Positions 12,301 to 26,199 of a stretch of DNA of 64,000 nt are shown here, one piece after another. A program made the translations under genes and the position numbers. The stretch's first letter is position 1. Each line of letters opens with the position of its first letter. The stretch is from NCBI GenBank assembly GCA_051294375.1, contig CM119267.1, positions 1,185,601 through 1,249,600 on the forward strand, given 5' to 3'. Source of the stretch: Paraspadella gotoi. Taxonomy: Eukaryota; Animalia; Chaetognatha. The notes under the pieces were generated by a model. It saw only the letters and a program-made list of their open reading frames with translations. It was not told the DNA's origin and searched no databases.

Positions 12301-15300
12301 GATTTATAGGCAAAGAATAACATTATTTGCAATAATATTTTTAGCAGGATTGACAATTGAATTTTGTAAAAAAAATTTTGACCTGTGCCAAAAAGTTTTT
12401 CAAAATGATTGAAATTTATATGTATTGCAGGACTACCCAAGGCCCACCTATTACTAAAATTTAAAACCATAATATTCACAAATAAGGAAGTTATGCATCA
12501 TTGAAAAAATGACCCATCTAAAATATTAGCACTGATAAATATGGAAAAAAACTTTTTGATAGTAACAATATTTCTACAGAGTTTACAAACCCTCTTGAGT
12601 ACAATTTAGCAAAATTTTAAGAAAAAAATTTAAAATATATTGGAGCTATGCAAGTTTTTTAAAAAAAATTTTAACCCAATTTTTAAGTGGTTTAAGATTA
12701 TTTTTTTTTAAAATTGCTTAAATGGGCAATAGCCAGACATCCAGGCAACCTCCTATAAAATCCTAAAGCCATTTATCCTATAAATGGAAAAGTTATCCCA
12801 TGTACAGACTTAAGACATTCTAGGTTTCCGGTACTGTACGTTTTCTTTTTTTTTCTTTTTTTCTTTTTTTTTTTTTCTTTTTTTTTCCTTTTTTTCCCAT
12901 CTTCCCTACTTTACTTCACCCAGGTGAGCCACTGGATGGGACGCCTCGACAAATTCATTCGCCTTCACGGTCACATGTTCTCCAAAGAGGATCACGTCTT
13001 GTTCATCAAGTGATAATTTAAAAAGATAATTATAATTTTAATAGTTAATAATTTGAATATAAATATCGCAGGGCTCTCTTCGACTTAATGGTGACTCCCC
13101 ACTTGGAGTTCACCCTATTGGCGAAGACGGCGAATCTGCTGGTTCTGTTGATGAAGAAACGACATTTGCTGTCGCCGAAAGGTCAAAGAAAAACTATTAA
13201 CAAAAATCTTGGTTATTAATAAATTTGCCAAATCTTCCTCCTTCCCTTTCTATTACAGACTTGGAACTTTCCTGGAAGCCCCTCCACAACTTGCTCGAAT
13301 TCTGCCTCTACAACAAATACGAATCTCACGGCCTCATCCTGATTCCTAAGAATCTGGAGAACATCCTCAAGAACGTCGTCCGCACGTGCAGGCCTTACTT
13401 TGCCACGTCGTGCACGCGCGAGATGCTGGAGGAGTGGCGCCCTCTATTGTGTCCCTTCGACGTCTCCATCACGGCGAGTAGGATTTCGCAATCGATGACG
13501 ACGACGATAACGACGACAAAGTTTACATCGTCGATTAGTAATTTCTTAAATGGCTTATATTATACAAAAGCTTTTAAAAAAGATAACGTTTAAGATGAAA
13601 TGGTTGTACTAATTTCATAGAATATACATTTTACATTATACAACTAGGAACTTTGATTTCAAAGTGATGCGCTAGTTATTAAACATGCATTAGTACTTTA
13701 AATAGAGCATGATCGCATGATCGAATTTGATTAAGCTCACTTCTCTACTGAGGATTTTCCAAGATTTTTGTTATATAAAGCCTATTATAAAAAACGTACG
13801 AGATAAAGTTACACCGACTGACTCACCGACCGAAAAGTACTTTTATATCAGAAGACGAGTGAGATTTCTTAATCATTGATAACCGAGTCAAATTCTCCGA
13901 AAACCTACTTACTCTCTACTTTCCAGAAAGGACTGTTCTATCTGGAACTCTTCCTGCCGACACTTCTCGCCCCCGAGGACAGCGACCAAGGATTCCGTCT
14001 TTGGTTCGACGAGCTTATTCTCCTCTGGGATTCCGTGACAAACTCTCCCTCCTTCGAGAACCCCCTCGTCTGGCTCTTCGCCCGTCTCGCCTTCGACAAC
14101 GTTGGTCGCGTGGATTGGGTGCCTTGGATTCCAAAGATCTTCAGTCGGATCATGAGGAGCTTTAACCTCCCGACGGCGGGACATCTCAATCTTACGGGTT
14201 CTTTACTTCAAGTTCCATTTCTTTTTTTTTTAATTTTTAAAACATTTAGATACGAATTTTAATTTCTAATTGGGTCGGGAATCGTTAATTTTTTTTACAA
14301 TAGCCCCGTCGGAAACTTAAGTGAGACACATTTTACACTAAATTTATTATTCCTTTGATAATGTTTTTTTTTTAAAAAGAGGGTCAAAAAAATGAAATAT
14401 CTGTAGTTTTTTAAGAATAATTATTTTAACAAAAACATTTAGTTTAAATTGTTTAAAATACTTTTTAATTAGTTATTGCAAAGACCAATAACAAATTAAA
14501 TTTAAACTGAATATTTATTAAGGCCAAAAATCGCACGAGAATTATGAGATGACGCCGGTTGTTGCTTGGATCGTCGCTTTATTGGGCGGAGGCAGCGAAG
14601 CCCAGACTCACCTCGAGATAATGCTTAAGGTAAGGACAAAGAAGCTTTTTTTTTTGCTTCGAGAAGTGGATTTGATTGATTGATTGATTCTCAGTAATTT
14701 ATCTCTTACGTTATGTATCCTTTATCCTCTTTAGTCCTTCAATGCCCCTTTATTACTTTAATACTCTATCAAATCTTTGTCTCGCTCTTCGCCTCTTAAT
14801 CTGTTCCCCTTTGACCCCATAATTTCTCCCCAATCATTCGTGAATCATCCCTTTCACAAATCTCTTTCACAAATTCCTTTCAAACTTCCTCCATCTATCA
14901 ATCAACCCCCCCCCCCTAATTTCAGGCCATGGCGTCCTTTTATCATCCTTCCAATTACGGCAAATGGACTTCGAGTCTCTTGAGATTCATGAATAAACTC
15001 TCGACGCAATTCGTGAGACGCCTCCACCGCGAGCGCTATCAAGCCGCGAGCTGGGAGACGCCGGTTCCTGCAGAAAAGAAACTCACCGACGCCGACGTCA
15101 CCAGATTCGTCGAGTCTCTACTTCCGGTTCGTCGCGCCTCTAGCGGTCATTTATTTTCGGAGAAAACTTTTTTTTTTAAACAAAATGCTTTCTCTTCCCC
15201 TCAGGTTGTTCATTTGTCCATGTTCTCTAAACTGGGAAGCTCTGATTCCGCGTCGACCCTTCACCAATTGTCGAGCATGCGGCCTGAGATCGTCATCCCT

Positions 15301-18300
15301 CCACTCATTGAGAAGTTCTACGTGGCGTTGGAGACGGTCACGGAGCCGCACAGGTTCAGGGAGTTCAATGTTAAAATATTTGCAGCTGAATGGATAATTT
15401 TTATATTGGTTGTACCAATTTCATATATAAAAATATAATTAATATACAATATATACATTAATCTTTAACTTGAACAGATTAACGGCGACATTGAATTGCA
15501 TGGTGGGCGTGTCTCGCTCTCTCTTGGCGGGAAGTCACTTTTATCCGGAAGGAAGGACACACGCTTTGCCAGCCCTGCAATGTTCTTTGCCAGGCTTGGA
15601 CCCCAACGACATGAAAAAGTGCATGGTGAGTTTTTTTCGCGTCGAGTCGAATTCGCTTCAAAGTCACGTCATCTTTTTATCTCTCCACCCGTCTTGGGTG
15701 AGATTTTGGTTTACTATTGGGTGAGATTTTGGGTTACTATTGCTTCTTAGTGACGTCGTCGCCGGCGTCATGCTTTTTTAAAATTGGATATTATAAAAGT
15801 TTGCAATTGTGGGAAACTAGAAAATTAAATATGGCTTCTCATCATCAAGATCTTTTAATATGACATGTTTCATATTGATGCAAGGATTTGTTGGTTTTGA
15901 AGAGACAGTTATTATTGTTATGTGTTAGTGACAGAACCGTTCAAAATAAGCAGTCCCTGAGCTTCGGATCAGGCTGTAACACCATGTTACAGGCGGGTTA
16001 AGCGCCCCGTTCCTCTTTAACTGCTAGGCGACCACCGGGCTAGAACCCCGGACCTTTGGGTTGGGAGGCGAATGACTTGCCTCCGGCACCAATGGCCGCT
16101 GATGAACGGTTGGTGGATTTTAGTCCACCATAGTTTTATTTATAAAACAATTATATTTATTTTTATATAAAAACTACTATGAATTACGATTGATTCTAAT
16201 AAAAGTGCAATCATGGGAAGTTAAAAATTTAGATTTGACTTTTCATTATTAAGATCTTTTAATATGACTTTTTTTATATTGATACAAGGATTTGTTTTTC
16301 TCTTTTTTTTTCTTTTTTTTATTATTAATATTGGTGATTAACATCGTTTTATGAGGAAAACGCATATTATTTTTATTTGAGCAATATATTTCGGTTAACA
16401 TCGCTTAACTATTTATATAAAATACATTAAAATTCAATACTTTTATTTATTTCATTCATTTCATTCATTCAATTTATTTCATTCAATTCAATTTATTTTA
16501 TACAATTCATTTCATTCAATTCATTTCTTTTTTTCTATCTGCAGGTGACGTTTCAGTTTTTGTCAACGATGTTCAGTCTGATCCCTTTCGTTGACTGTTC
16601 CGCCGCCTTGAAGAGGGATGGTGAGGGAAAGATATAACGGTTGTGATTGAATAAGCACGTGATCTCTCCCTGTGTCTCTCTCTCTCTCTCTCTCTCTCCC
16701 TTAGATTTGACGGAGGTTGAGAGACGCATCTGCGAACAGACGGCCAATTTCGAGGACTTTGTCCTTCAATTCTTGGACAAAGTCTTAATTCTCATTCAAA
16801 ATTGTTCTGGTAAGTTTCCTCGTTCATTTGATATTTAATAAATAATATTTATTATTCATTTATTATTTATTTTACATTTAATTATCTTGCCAGACGGGCC
16901 TAAGCCCATCTTGGGTGAGATTTTGGTTTACTAGTGCTTCTGAGTGTCGTTGTTGTAAAAGAGTATATTTGTAGTAAGCTAAAAATTTAAATATCGCTTT
17001 GCATCATCAAGCTCTTTTAAAAAAAACATTTTCACATGGATACATGTATTTTTTGTTTGAATTTTCTTAACATTGACTAACTGTAATATGCAAATTAAGA
17101 TATAGAGGATATTTTTTTCTCAGTCGCTGCCTCTTCTGATTTATCTAAAAACGAGTTGAGCCCTGCATCGGCTGGTCTTCTCTCTTTCTCTCTCTTTCTT
17201 TCTATCCTTCTTTCTTTATTTCTCTTTCTTTTTATTTAAAAAAAGTGATGAGGATGAATCTCGTGACGTTAATCGTCGCCGTCGTTCTCTCGATGGCGAC
17301 TTGAATAATTGAGAAGGAAACGGGTTTTAACGAGGATACATTTAATAAAATGTCCAAAGAGTTTAACATTAACAAGAATAAGCAATTATAACGGTGAACG
17401 TGAATTTCGAGTTGTGTTAAGTGTCGTGAGCTTGTCGGCTTTTATAGCCGAAAGTCGGCCTAAGTGTCCTCAGCGTAAGGACAGGGGCTAAACAACCACT
17501 GGTGACCACGGTGGCCAGAGACATGACCCACATGTTCTCCATATCTCTCTTTTACTATTTGTTTATCTCGCTTACATTTATTCATTGATTTCTTTAATTA
17601 AATTAATTAATTTTTTTCTATTTAATTAAAATAATTAAATTCGTTCCGTTTATTTACTTCAGTTAATACTTTAAATTTATTTACTCGATGCAATTTATTT
17701 ATCTTAATTCTTTCATTTATTTTAATTAAATAAATTTAAATTAATTCATTCATTCAATTAATTTTATTCAAATCATTTCATTCAACTCATTTCATTCATT
17801 TTATTTAATTACATTTTTTTAACGTTTTACCATAATTCTTTATCATCACATCAATATTTCGTTATCATCGCATCAATAATTCGTTATCATCGCATCAATA
17901 ATTCATTATCATTGGATAAATATTGATCGATGGATCATTATGATTTTAAGATTTTCTCAGTAATTTTCTTTGAAAGAAACGTCTGGCGAGAACTCTATAC
18001 TTTAACATTTTTTTTCCCTCATTTAGGAGCAGAATCAACGAGGGCCGACGCGGCCGCTTGGGGAAATTCAGCCGCCACAGAAAAGCTGACTAATGAAGAA
18101 TCCATGATGCAGGTTTGGTTATCGATCGGCTAATTAAATAACTACTTAATTAAAAATTAGCTTTAAAATAAAATTACAAAACGAAACGAAATTTGTCCGA
18201 AATATACTTTGAGTCATTCCCCTCTGACCTCATACTTCTCCAGATCGGTATGACCTCGACCGTAGCGGCCATCCTTCAGCAATCCTCACCCGCCATCTTC

Positions 18301-18979
18301 AAACTCGCCCTGGAGCGGATCTTCCGCTTCTCCACGACGTCCGTACTGGAGCCAAAATTGGCTGGGAGATACACTGGAGACTTGGTTCGCTCTGCGGTCA
18401 AGGTCGACCCTCCGCAGGTCAGCGGTTCTATTATAAATGTTCCACTTTTATTTTTCGTACTCCTTGTTCCTTTCGTGTTCGTATTCATTTTCCTTTTATA
18501 TCCATCCATATTCATATATAATATATATAATATTGTATATATCCATTTTCCACATTTATGTCTCATACTTTTTTCCCCACTTTCCTCCATTTTTATTCAA
18601 TTTTAATTCTATTATTTCCCTCAATGTATTTTTTATCATTTTACATTAATTCGTCTCCATTTGTCCACATTTACCTCTTTTTTCCTCCCCTTTAATTATC
18701 CCTTGCCCCCTTTCACCCCCTTATCATCCTATGCCCCACTCCCTCCTTCCCCAGGCTTTAAACCTGTTCCTCCCATTCATCCACAAGAAGTTGATGAGCC
18801 TCTTGACGGAGTCGACCTTCGAGGAAGAGAATCTCGACGATGAGATCCTTTGGAATCTGCAGATGATGTCGGAGATCGTGAGATCGGATGGACAGGAGCT
18901 CGTCAAGTATAGTCAACAGATTCTCCAAGTGCTGGACAAATCAAATCGACTCACCTGCAAACAAGGTCGGTCGCGAATC

Positions 18980-19018
<39 letters not shown>

Positions 19019-19813
19019 CTATTTTCGTTTCCCTTCCCCAAATTTTCCAGGTTACGAATTCTCGGCCACGATCCTCCGCAATTTGTTCAAAGCGTTGACG
19101 CTGACATACAGCCTCAACTACTCCAGCGTCACTGTTCCGCTGGGCATGCCGCCCGAGGAGCATTTCTATGTCAGGGATTGGGCTAAGCCAGGTCTGGTTG
19201 TGCAGTCGTGTGGTTGTTCAGGCTGCCTAGTTTTTCCTTTGTCTGGTTGTCAGGTCGTCCAGTTGTCCGTCCTTCCAGTTGTCTGTCCTTCCAGTTGTCT
19301 GGTCCTCGGGTCACCCAGTTGTCCAGACGTTGTTCGGTTGTCTCTCCGTTCTGTCGTTTTCTTCTCCACTCGGATGGTCCAGCTCATCCAGCTCATCCAT
19401 TGTTCTATTTTAATTTTATCCCTTTTGTTTTCTGTCATTGCCAGGCGACGTTTACAACCTTGGCCTCCGCTGGCACAGTCCCAACGAGGAAGAGCTCCAC
19501 TTTGCCCAGCGACTCTTCGATGTGTTCGTCCTTCCTGAAGTCGAAGCCTTGGACGCCTTCGCCGACGACCGACTGCAGCTCAAGAGGGAACGACTTCAAC
19601 GCGGCCTCAATCTCGTCTTGCAGGTCAGGTCTTTATATATTTATTAATTTAATTTATATCTATTTGTTTAAAACAAATTATTATTATCTTTTCTTTCTTC
19701 CAGACTTTGCAAGGTCTTGCCTGCGTCCTTCCTCAGTGGACTGGTCAATTTCTCCATCCGATGCCTTCTCAGGTGAGCACTGAGCTAAGACCAAACGCGG
19801 GCAAATGTCTTAT

Positions 19814-19911
<98 letters not shown>

Positions 19912-20885
19912 GTCAGCCTCGCCAACCCGCCCCGCTTAGCCTTCGAGCGTCCGTGCGTCGTCCGCTTCCGAAGCGAAAAGATCCGCCGCGCCGACGACGG
20001 CGGCGGCGGCGGCGATAGCGGCAGTAATGATAACAACAACGACAACGTCAGGGAGAACATCGCCGTCGTCATGCGAAAGCTGAAGGTCCGTTTCATGTTG
20101 ATTCCCATCGACGAATTCACGCTTCATAATCGGTGATCCCCTTCCCCTTCCCTCGCAGGCGGCCATCTTAGAAAGGATCCCCGACGACACCAAGTCCCTC
20201 TACCTCCTCATCGCCATCCTCCAAAGTCTGCTCATGTTCCACGGAGCAAGTAGGGATGACTTCGACGCCAGATGGAAATCCTTTCATGTCGTCAAGCGGG
20301 CGATGGAGAACAAACTCGTGCGAAAGAAGAGGCACATGAGAGGTATTTGGCCGATCGGGAGGAAATATTTTTAAGATTATGTGACGCTGTCGCTTAGCCA
20401 TCAATAAAGTAATAATAATGTAATATAATAAAATTTAGGGAGAGGAGGCAAAAACGAATATTTTTTAAAAAAAATTAAAAAGCATAAACAAAAGGTAAGA
20501 TTGACTTTTTTAATATTTTTTCCGACTTCAGCGCTGCTCATCGACCGGACGGTGCTGCAGCACGAGCGACGCCTGCTCAACCGCTCCTACCAGCCTTACA
20601 CCAGCCTGCACTTGGACATCTTGCGCGATCTCTTTCAGCTCTCCACTTCTCATTATGGCGAGGTATGTAAAATTGGTTGAGACAGAGAGACACGACGACG
20701 ATTTAACTTACCTTAAATGAGGCCTTACCGTTCCCTTCCCCGCAGGTTCGAATTCGCGCTCAAAACATTTTGTCTCAAGGTCTCCATGTCTTCACTTATT
20801 CTTATATGCATCTTCTTGACGACATCGTCGAACTTCTTAAAGAATCCGACGACGTCACTCATGATCACTTTAAAGGTCTCTCTCG

Positions 20886-20972
<87 letters not shown>

Positions 20973-23900
20973 ACACTTTTCTCCCTTCTAAGGTGCTCTC
21001 TACGTTCTGATCGGTCCCAAACACCGCTGCCTGGCGGTCAAGCCCCACTGGTCGGTCATCTCGCGCCTGTGGCCAGCCATCGTTCAGGCTCAGCATTCGG
21101 AGAAGCCCTCGATCCAACTCCTGATGGACGAACTCATTGATAAGATCTCTAAGAACATGGACACCATCGCCATCGACTTCGCGATGCAGGATTCCACGCT
21201 CGCCTTCGCCTCTCAATTTTGGTTGCTCACCGACTTATCATTTAAATTGGGTTATGCGATTTTTAAAATCCAAGTTGTTTTGTTTTTCCCTTCAGGTCTA
21301 GTCAGCAATCCCTTCCCCTCCCATCCCTCCCGCCACCTTCCTCAGAGGAGATGTCATCCTGCGCTGCGGCGGAGTCGGCGGCTGTCGCCTCCAAAACCCG
21401 CGAGTACGAGAGCCTCGTCCAGCGTCTCGTCGGCCTCATCGTCTCCGGGAATTTGAGATGGAAGTTCGCTCAGGTGGCGCTGGCGTTGACGGGGATGCTC
21501 TTTCGCTACGATCGCCCTCTGCCGGAACCGGGCGTCAAGGTCGTCACGGATCTGTTGTTGCACGATACCGTCCTCGTCAGGTTGGGGGGGAGGTTGGAAT
21601 GGGTGAATGTGGTGAGGTTATGAGAGATCATGAGATCGTGTTTTTATGAGAATGAGAATTTTATTTCATATCAATAATGATACAGTAGCATATATCGGCA
21701 ACAAAATAAACCAAATAAAAACAGAATTAAGACGTTAACGTGAAGGAAAACTAAGCTACGAGATCATTTCTATATTTCCATAGAAATAAGACAAAACTTT
21801 ATTTTTCGTCAAAGTTAAACGTTTTATGAATCGTTCATGACTAATTTTGAAAATTTTATAAATGTTAGGGTAACCAAAACATTCTCTAAGGTTTCTGATG
21901 CTTTCCCATCGATGCCAGCCAAAGATCTTACGAATTCCATTATTAATGGCTACATTTAGTTGGTACATATCTTTACAACGAAAGTCTTTACCTTCACAAC
22001 CATATTGTAGTACTGAGACACAATTACTGGAAAATAATTGTAACAAAACTGCTTCATTTGGTTTGTGTAACGCATTCAAAATACTATTGGAGGACATTAG
22101 ATCAGGTGTGGGATCGAAATCAAAATTATTTCCTGATTTTTAGTTATAGATATTTCCAACTCGTGACTCTTTCGATAGGACATGAATCAACATTTAAATT
22201 GAAAATTAAAAATTTTATATTTTTATCAACAGAAAAACTAATGAGACATTCACATCCTTGAAAAAAAGCGTTTTGCGAGGGTAATAGTCGTTTCGAAATA
22301 AATGTTTCCGATTGATTCAAAACAAATATATTTACGATCGCAAATGTCCGAAATTTTGGGAGAGCAAATATTGCTGACAGCAGGTGGTTATATGATGGAG
22401 GGGGGAAATCCCGCTTCCTACAAACGCAAGCATAACCTTTTCCGCTGTGCGGTTTTAAGATGGTAGAAGAGGCGTTGGTGTTTTTGTAGCCTTATAGTTA
22501 AAAGTTATAGTTAAATGTAGACCGTGGAATAAAAGTTTGTTAATTTCACTAGAAAAATGTCAATCTCTGGCGTCTCCGCACTCTTGAAGCAGTCGAAGCG
22601 GCCGCACAAAAAAGTCCAGATCGACCTAAACTCAATGGCGGGTAAGTTTGTTGACTATGCCCTTCGATAAGTATTGGAGGAGGCCGTCTGGCACTCCGTT
22701 ATTTTCCCGAAACCATTTCCACAGGGCCAGAGGTGTCCGCACGCAGCAACGGGGTCGTCCGCCCAGGAAGTCGCGCGGACAACGCGTGGATGGAGTACGA
22801 TCCTTCGTCGGTCCCTCGAACGGAAGAGGACTGGTCCACCGCCAACTTTGTGGACAAGACCCACTGGGGCTTCTACTGTTGGCCAAAGCGGCTCGAGGTC
22901 TACGCCCCTCGGGATAAACAGCCCGTCGTACCGCAACCTCGTGAGGCGATGGATCGAGTTGAAGGTTGAAGGATTACATTTTTGTGTTTCAAATGATCGT
23001 TTCTGTCAACTCACTCTTATTTTTTTAAATTCGGTTTAGGAATAATCTACGACTTCTTTTCGTCCAAGGACAACGTGGACAAGCTCATCGAGTTTTTGTC
23101 CTTGGAGGAAAGAAAAGGAAAGGACAAGTTTAGTGCCAAAAGGTTTATCCTTTTTAAGGTGAGGCTTTAAAAGAAAAAAAAAATAGGAGCGAATATGATC
23201 CGATTTTTCCGCAATTGTCTCCCCAAGGGCCTCTTCCGCAACTATGGCCCAGCCTTTCTTCCTCTGCTTCGCCCACACCTGGAGAAGCTCTCAACCGACT
23301 CGATCGAGTCCAAGCAGAGGTGCGCCGCCGAGATCGTCGCCGGTCTCGTCAGGGGCTCCAAGCATTGGGCCTTCACCGACCTGGAGTCAATGTGGGCGTG
23401 GCTCGCGCCCCTGCTCGAGACCGCCTTCGCCAACATCACCACGGAAACGGTCGTAGACTGGGGCACCTGTATCGCCACCTGCTCCGAGTCGCGCGATCCT
23501 CGACGCATCCACTGGCTATTGGAGGTCGTCATGAAGGATCCGGTCAAGGGAGAGATCGATTCCTCCTTCAGGGACACCAATCATCTCTACGCGTTGCAGG
23601 GGGCGCTCTCGCAGCAGGTAAGGAAAACGAAAAGAGAAAGGGAAGCGACAGAGCAGCGGCAGAGCTGCGGAAGATCAGCGACGCAGCAGCTACAGAACGA
23701 GATTCCTTTTTTTTCTTTTTTAATCCAGGAATGGCGAGTTCCAACTCTCCTTCACCGACACCTCGAACAGGTTCTGCCTCACATCCACCACCCCTACAAG
23801 AACATGAGGGATCGCCTTGGATCTGTCTTGACTTCCATCTATCTCTACGATTGGACCTTTCCAGGGGGACCTGAATGCAGGTTGGTCGCTGAGGCAGGAG

Positions 23901-25629
23901 AATCGCCCCGTCCCACTTAACTCTTTACTTTTAAGCGACCCCGGAAATTTTGGTGGATTTTAATTATCCATATATAGTTTTAATTAAATCTTACTAAATT
24001 ATTCGAATCTCCTAATTTAACTCTTTCATTCGTCAGATCTCCGCGGAAAAAGTCATTCATCGAAAGAATCCTTCCGGGTTTGGAAGCCTTGAAAATTTCA
24101 TCGGGCCCACAGGCAGAGGCCGAAAAGATTCAGGTATGGCGAGGTGGCCTTTAGAAAAGAGTGTTATGAAAAACATTACATTTAATATTGGCCACTTTTA
24201 TGTCCTTCGACAAAAGATTCTATTTCTCAGAAAAGATCCCATTTCTCAGAAAAGCGAAGGTTCGTCTTCGTCAGCTGATGATCTAGACTACAAAGACTCG
24301 TCGGCTTACAAAGGCGCCGTCCAAATCTGCGAGACTCTCATCTCCTGGTACAAAGCTTCAGCCTCGCGGACTCTCGACGGATTCTCGTCGGTATTTGAGG
24401 GGAAAGAGAGAGAGACAGACAGACAGACAAAATAACAGACGTCTTTACCCCATTCGCAGGAAATGTTTTCTGCCATTCCTTACTTCTGCGCGCTGGAGGG
24501 TGAAGCAACGGACGAGGCTTTGAAGAAAGAATGCTTTACCGTCCTTTACGTCCTCGCGTCGGCGCAACAGAAGGCGTCGACTCTGGAACGACTCGTCGAC
24601 GTCCTCGTCAGCGTCAAAGAGACGGGGTCCTGGCACGCCAGGATCTCTCTTTTGCGGTTTTTACAGATTATGGTCTTCACGAATCTCCCGCTTCTAAAGG
24701 TTAGGAAAAGTGTGTCGGTATATGACACACCTTACTTACCTGTCACTCGATGAGCCAATTCCAATTAAAGGTAGAATACTAAATTCCACGCATAAAAACG
24801 AGTAATTGTTTTGAAAACATCCACAACGCCTTGTAGTTGCTTAAAAATCTATTTTGTTTTATTGCATACGAAAGAAAAAAGCCATAATCTTTTTATTATT
24901 GTATTGTTCAAATATATTGTCCAGATATATTTTCTCACCTCGTTATATCTCGATTCTCTTTATATCTTTTAATTTTCCTCCCCCTCCTCCCCCTAGTCCT
25001 TCTCCACCCACTCTTCAACCCTCACCTCCCTGGTCACGGATCTTCTCGCCGACGAGCGACTCGAGGTTCGCGAGGCGGCGGGGATTACTCTGGGCGGCTT
25101 CTTCCACTGTCGATTCGCCTCCATCGAAGAGAAGATTCTCGCTTCTTTCCGAAAATTGGCCAATACTCGAATCGGCGCCGCGTTAAAGTCCGGAGCAGCC
25201 ACCGCCGCTGCCGCAGCCGCAAATCGAGCTCCGGCCGAAGAGGCCCGTCGACGCCACGGGGGCGTCCTCGGCCTTTGCGCCGTCGTTCAAGCCTTTCCCT
25301 ACGACGTGCCGGACATTCTGCCTCCCGTTCTGATGGAAGTTTGCGATCACATTCACGACCCCATGCCCATCAGCGAATCGGGTAAGTTGTCATGTCATGT
25401 CAATCACATTCACGACTCCATGCCCATCAGCGGATCATGTCAATCTTCATTGACCGTCGAACCAATTGGTTCTCCTCCCCCCCTTCCTTTCCTCACCGCA
25501 GCGAAGCGCACCCTTTCTTCCTTCAGACGAACTCACTACGACAATTGGGAAGATCACAAACTCAAGTTCTCCGAAGAAGAAATTCACACTCTCACCGACA
25601 TCCTCGTCTCCCCGAATTACTACGCTTAA
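9348..25629 (+). CDS. PSME4: Proteasome activator complex subunit 4 (PA200/Blm10), ~30 exons
   Basis: Spliced exons give [100 protein letters not shown] and the C-terminal SPNYYA (HbYX-type YYA tail); junctions checked for phase. Confidence 0.95.
9810..12836. mobile_element. ~3-kb foldback (palindromic) non-autonomous DNA element in PSME4 intron 1
   Basis: TA|cagtaccggaaacctagaatg ... cattctaggtttccggtactg|TA; two ~1.5-kb arms are near-identical inverted copies with centre ~11300-11345; TA TSD and CAGT ends suggest Tc1/mariner family. Confidence 0.9.
15693..15900. repeat. Intronic interspersed repeat, second copy at ~16910-17060
   Basis: Shared ttgggtgagattttggtttacta..cttct.agtg and aaaat.taaatat..ct..catcatcaag.tcttttaa blocks. 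Confidence 0.6.
15977..16099 (-). mobile_element. tRNA-derived SINE-like element
   Basis: Minus strand gcggccattggtgccggagg (A-box-like) .. ggggttctagcccgg (B-box-like) followed by a non-tRNA body. Confidence 0.55.
17245..17576 (-). mobile_element. Possible solo LTR in PSME4 intron
   Basis: Minus strand begins tgtaagc (same start as the LTR at 52665), contains tataaaag and attaaa, ends ..catca; no clear TSD. Confidence 0.35.
19817..19909. repeat. (CT)n microsatellite forming a splice-acceptor pyrimidine tract
   Basis: ~90 nt of (ct)n ending directly in cag|gtcagc. Confidence 0.9.
21740..22350 (-). mobile_element. Non-LTR retrotransposon (CR1/L2-group-like) 3' fragment in PSME4 intron
   Basis: [40 protein letters not shown] resembles the post-RT C-terminal region of LINE ORF2. 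Confidence 0.7.
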
Positions 25630-25718
25630 ATCTTTTAGAACTGACGTCGACGACGCTTAAATCTTTTAGAACTGACGTCGACGACGCTTAAATCTTTTAG
25701 AACTGACGTCGACGACTC
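25622..25718 (+). repeat. 31-bp tandem repeat x3 starting at the PSME4 stop codon
   Basis: acgcttaaatcttttagaactgacgtcgacg repeated three times. Confidence 0.9.
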
Positions 25719-26199
25719 TTAATAAAAATACGAGTGAATCGCGGTGGTCGGACGCCCGCGTCCGTGTGTACGAATTTATCGTTATCGAAATTGGTACAAC
25801 CAATATAAAAATTATCCATTATTTATATTAGCTAAATAATCGTTAGTATAAAAAAATATTATTTTTTTTTGGGGAGCTTTTTTTTTTGTTGTTGTTGTTA
25901 ATATCTCCGATATTCGTCGTTTTAGCAGAGAAACTACAACAACAACAACAACTATTGCCTCGCTCGATCCCAAACGCGATTTCAATCATGACGCCAATGG
26001 ACGATATTCGATTGGTTGAATTTCGTGATCGGTAATTGGCCCAATTTCACGATCGTTCATTTGTGCGAATCGGGTGGAAAAAACGAGGAAACAATTCGTC
26101 AAAGCGGAGATCGAGCCAAATCCCGCCCCCCCCTTGCATCTCCCCGCAACCCCCTGCACCTCCCCGCATCTCCCACGCGCACCGCCATTCCCTTGGAAA

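Noticed and set aside
10166-12479. Mirror-image ORFs inside the foldback
   Set aside because: Short AT-rich chance ORFs duplicated by the palindrome; no transposase motifs.
16095-16135. ctgatga as a hammerhead core
   Set aside because: No downstream GAAA or stem III; it is the flank of a SINE.
25622-25718. CRISPR-like repeats (also 8597-8695)
   Set aside because: No unique spacers, no cas genes, eukaryotic context.
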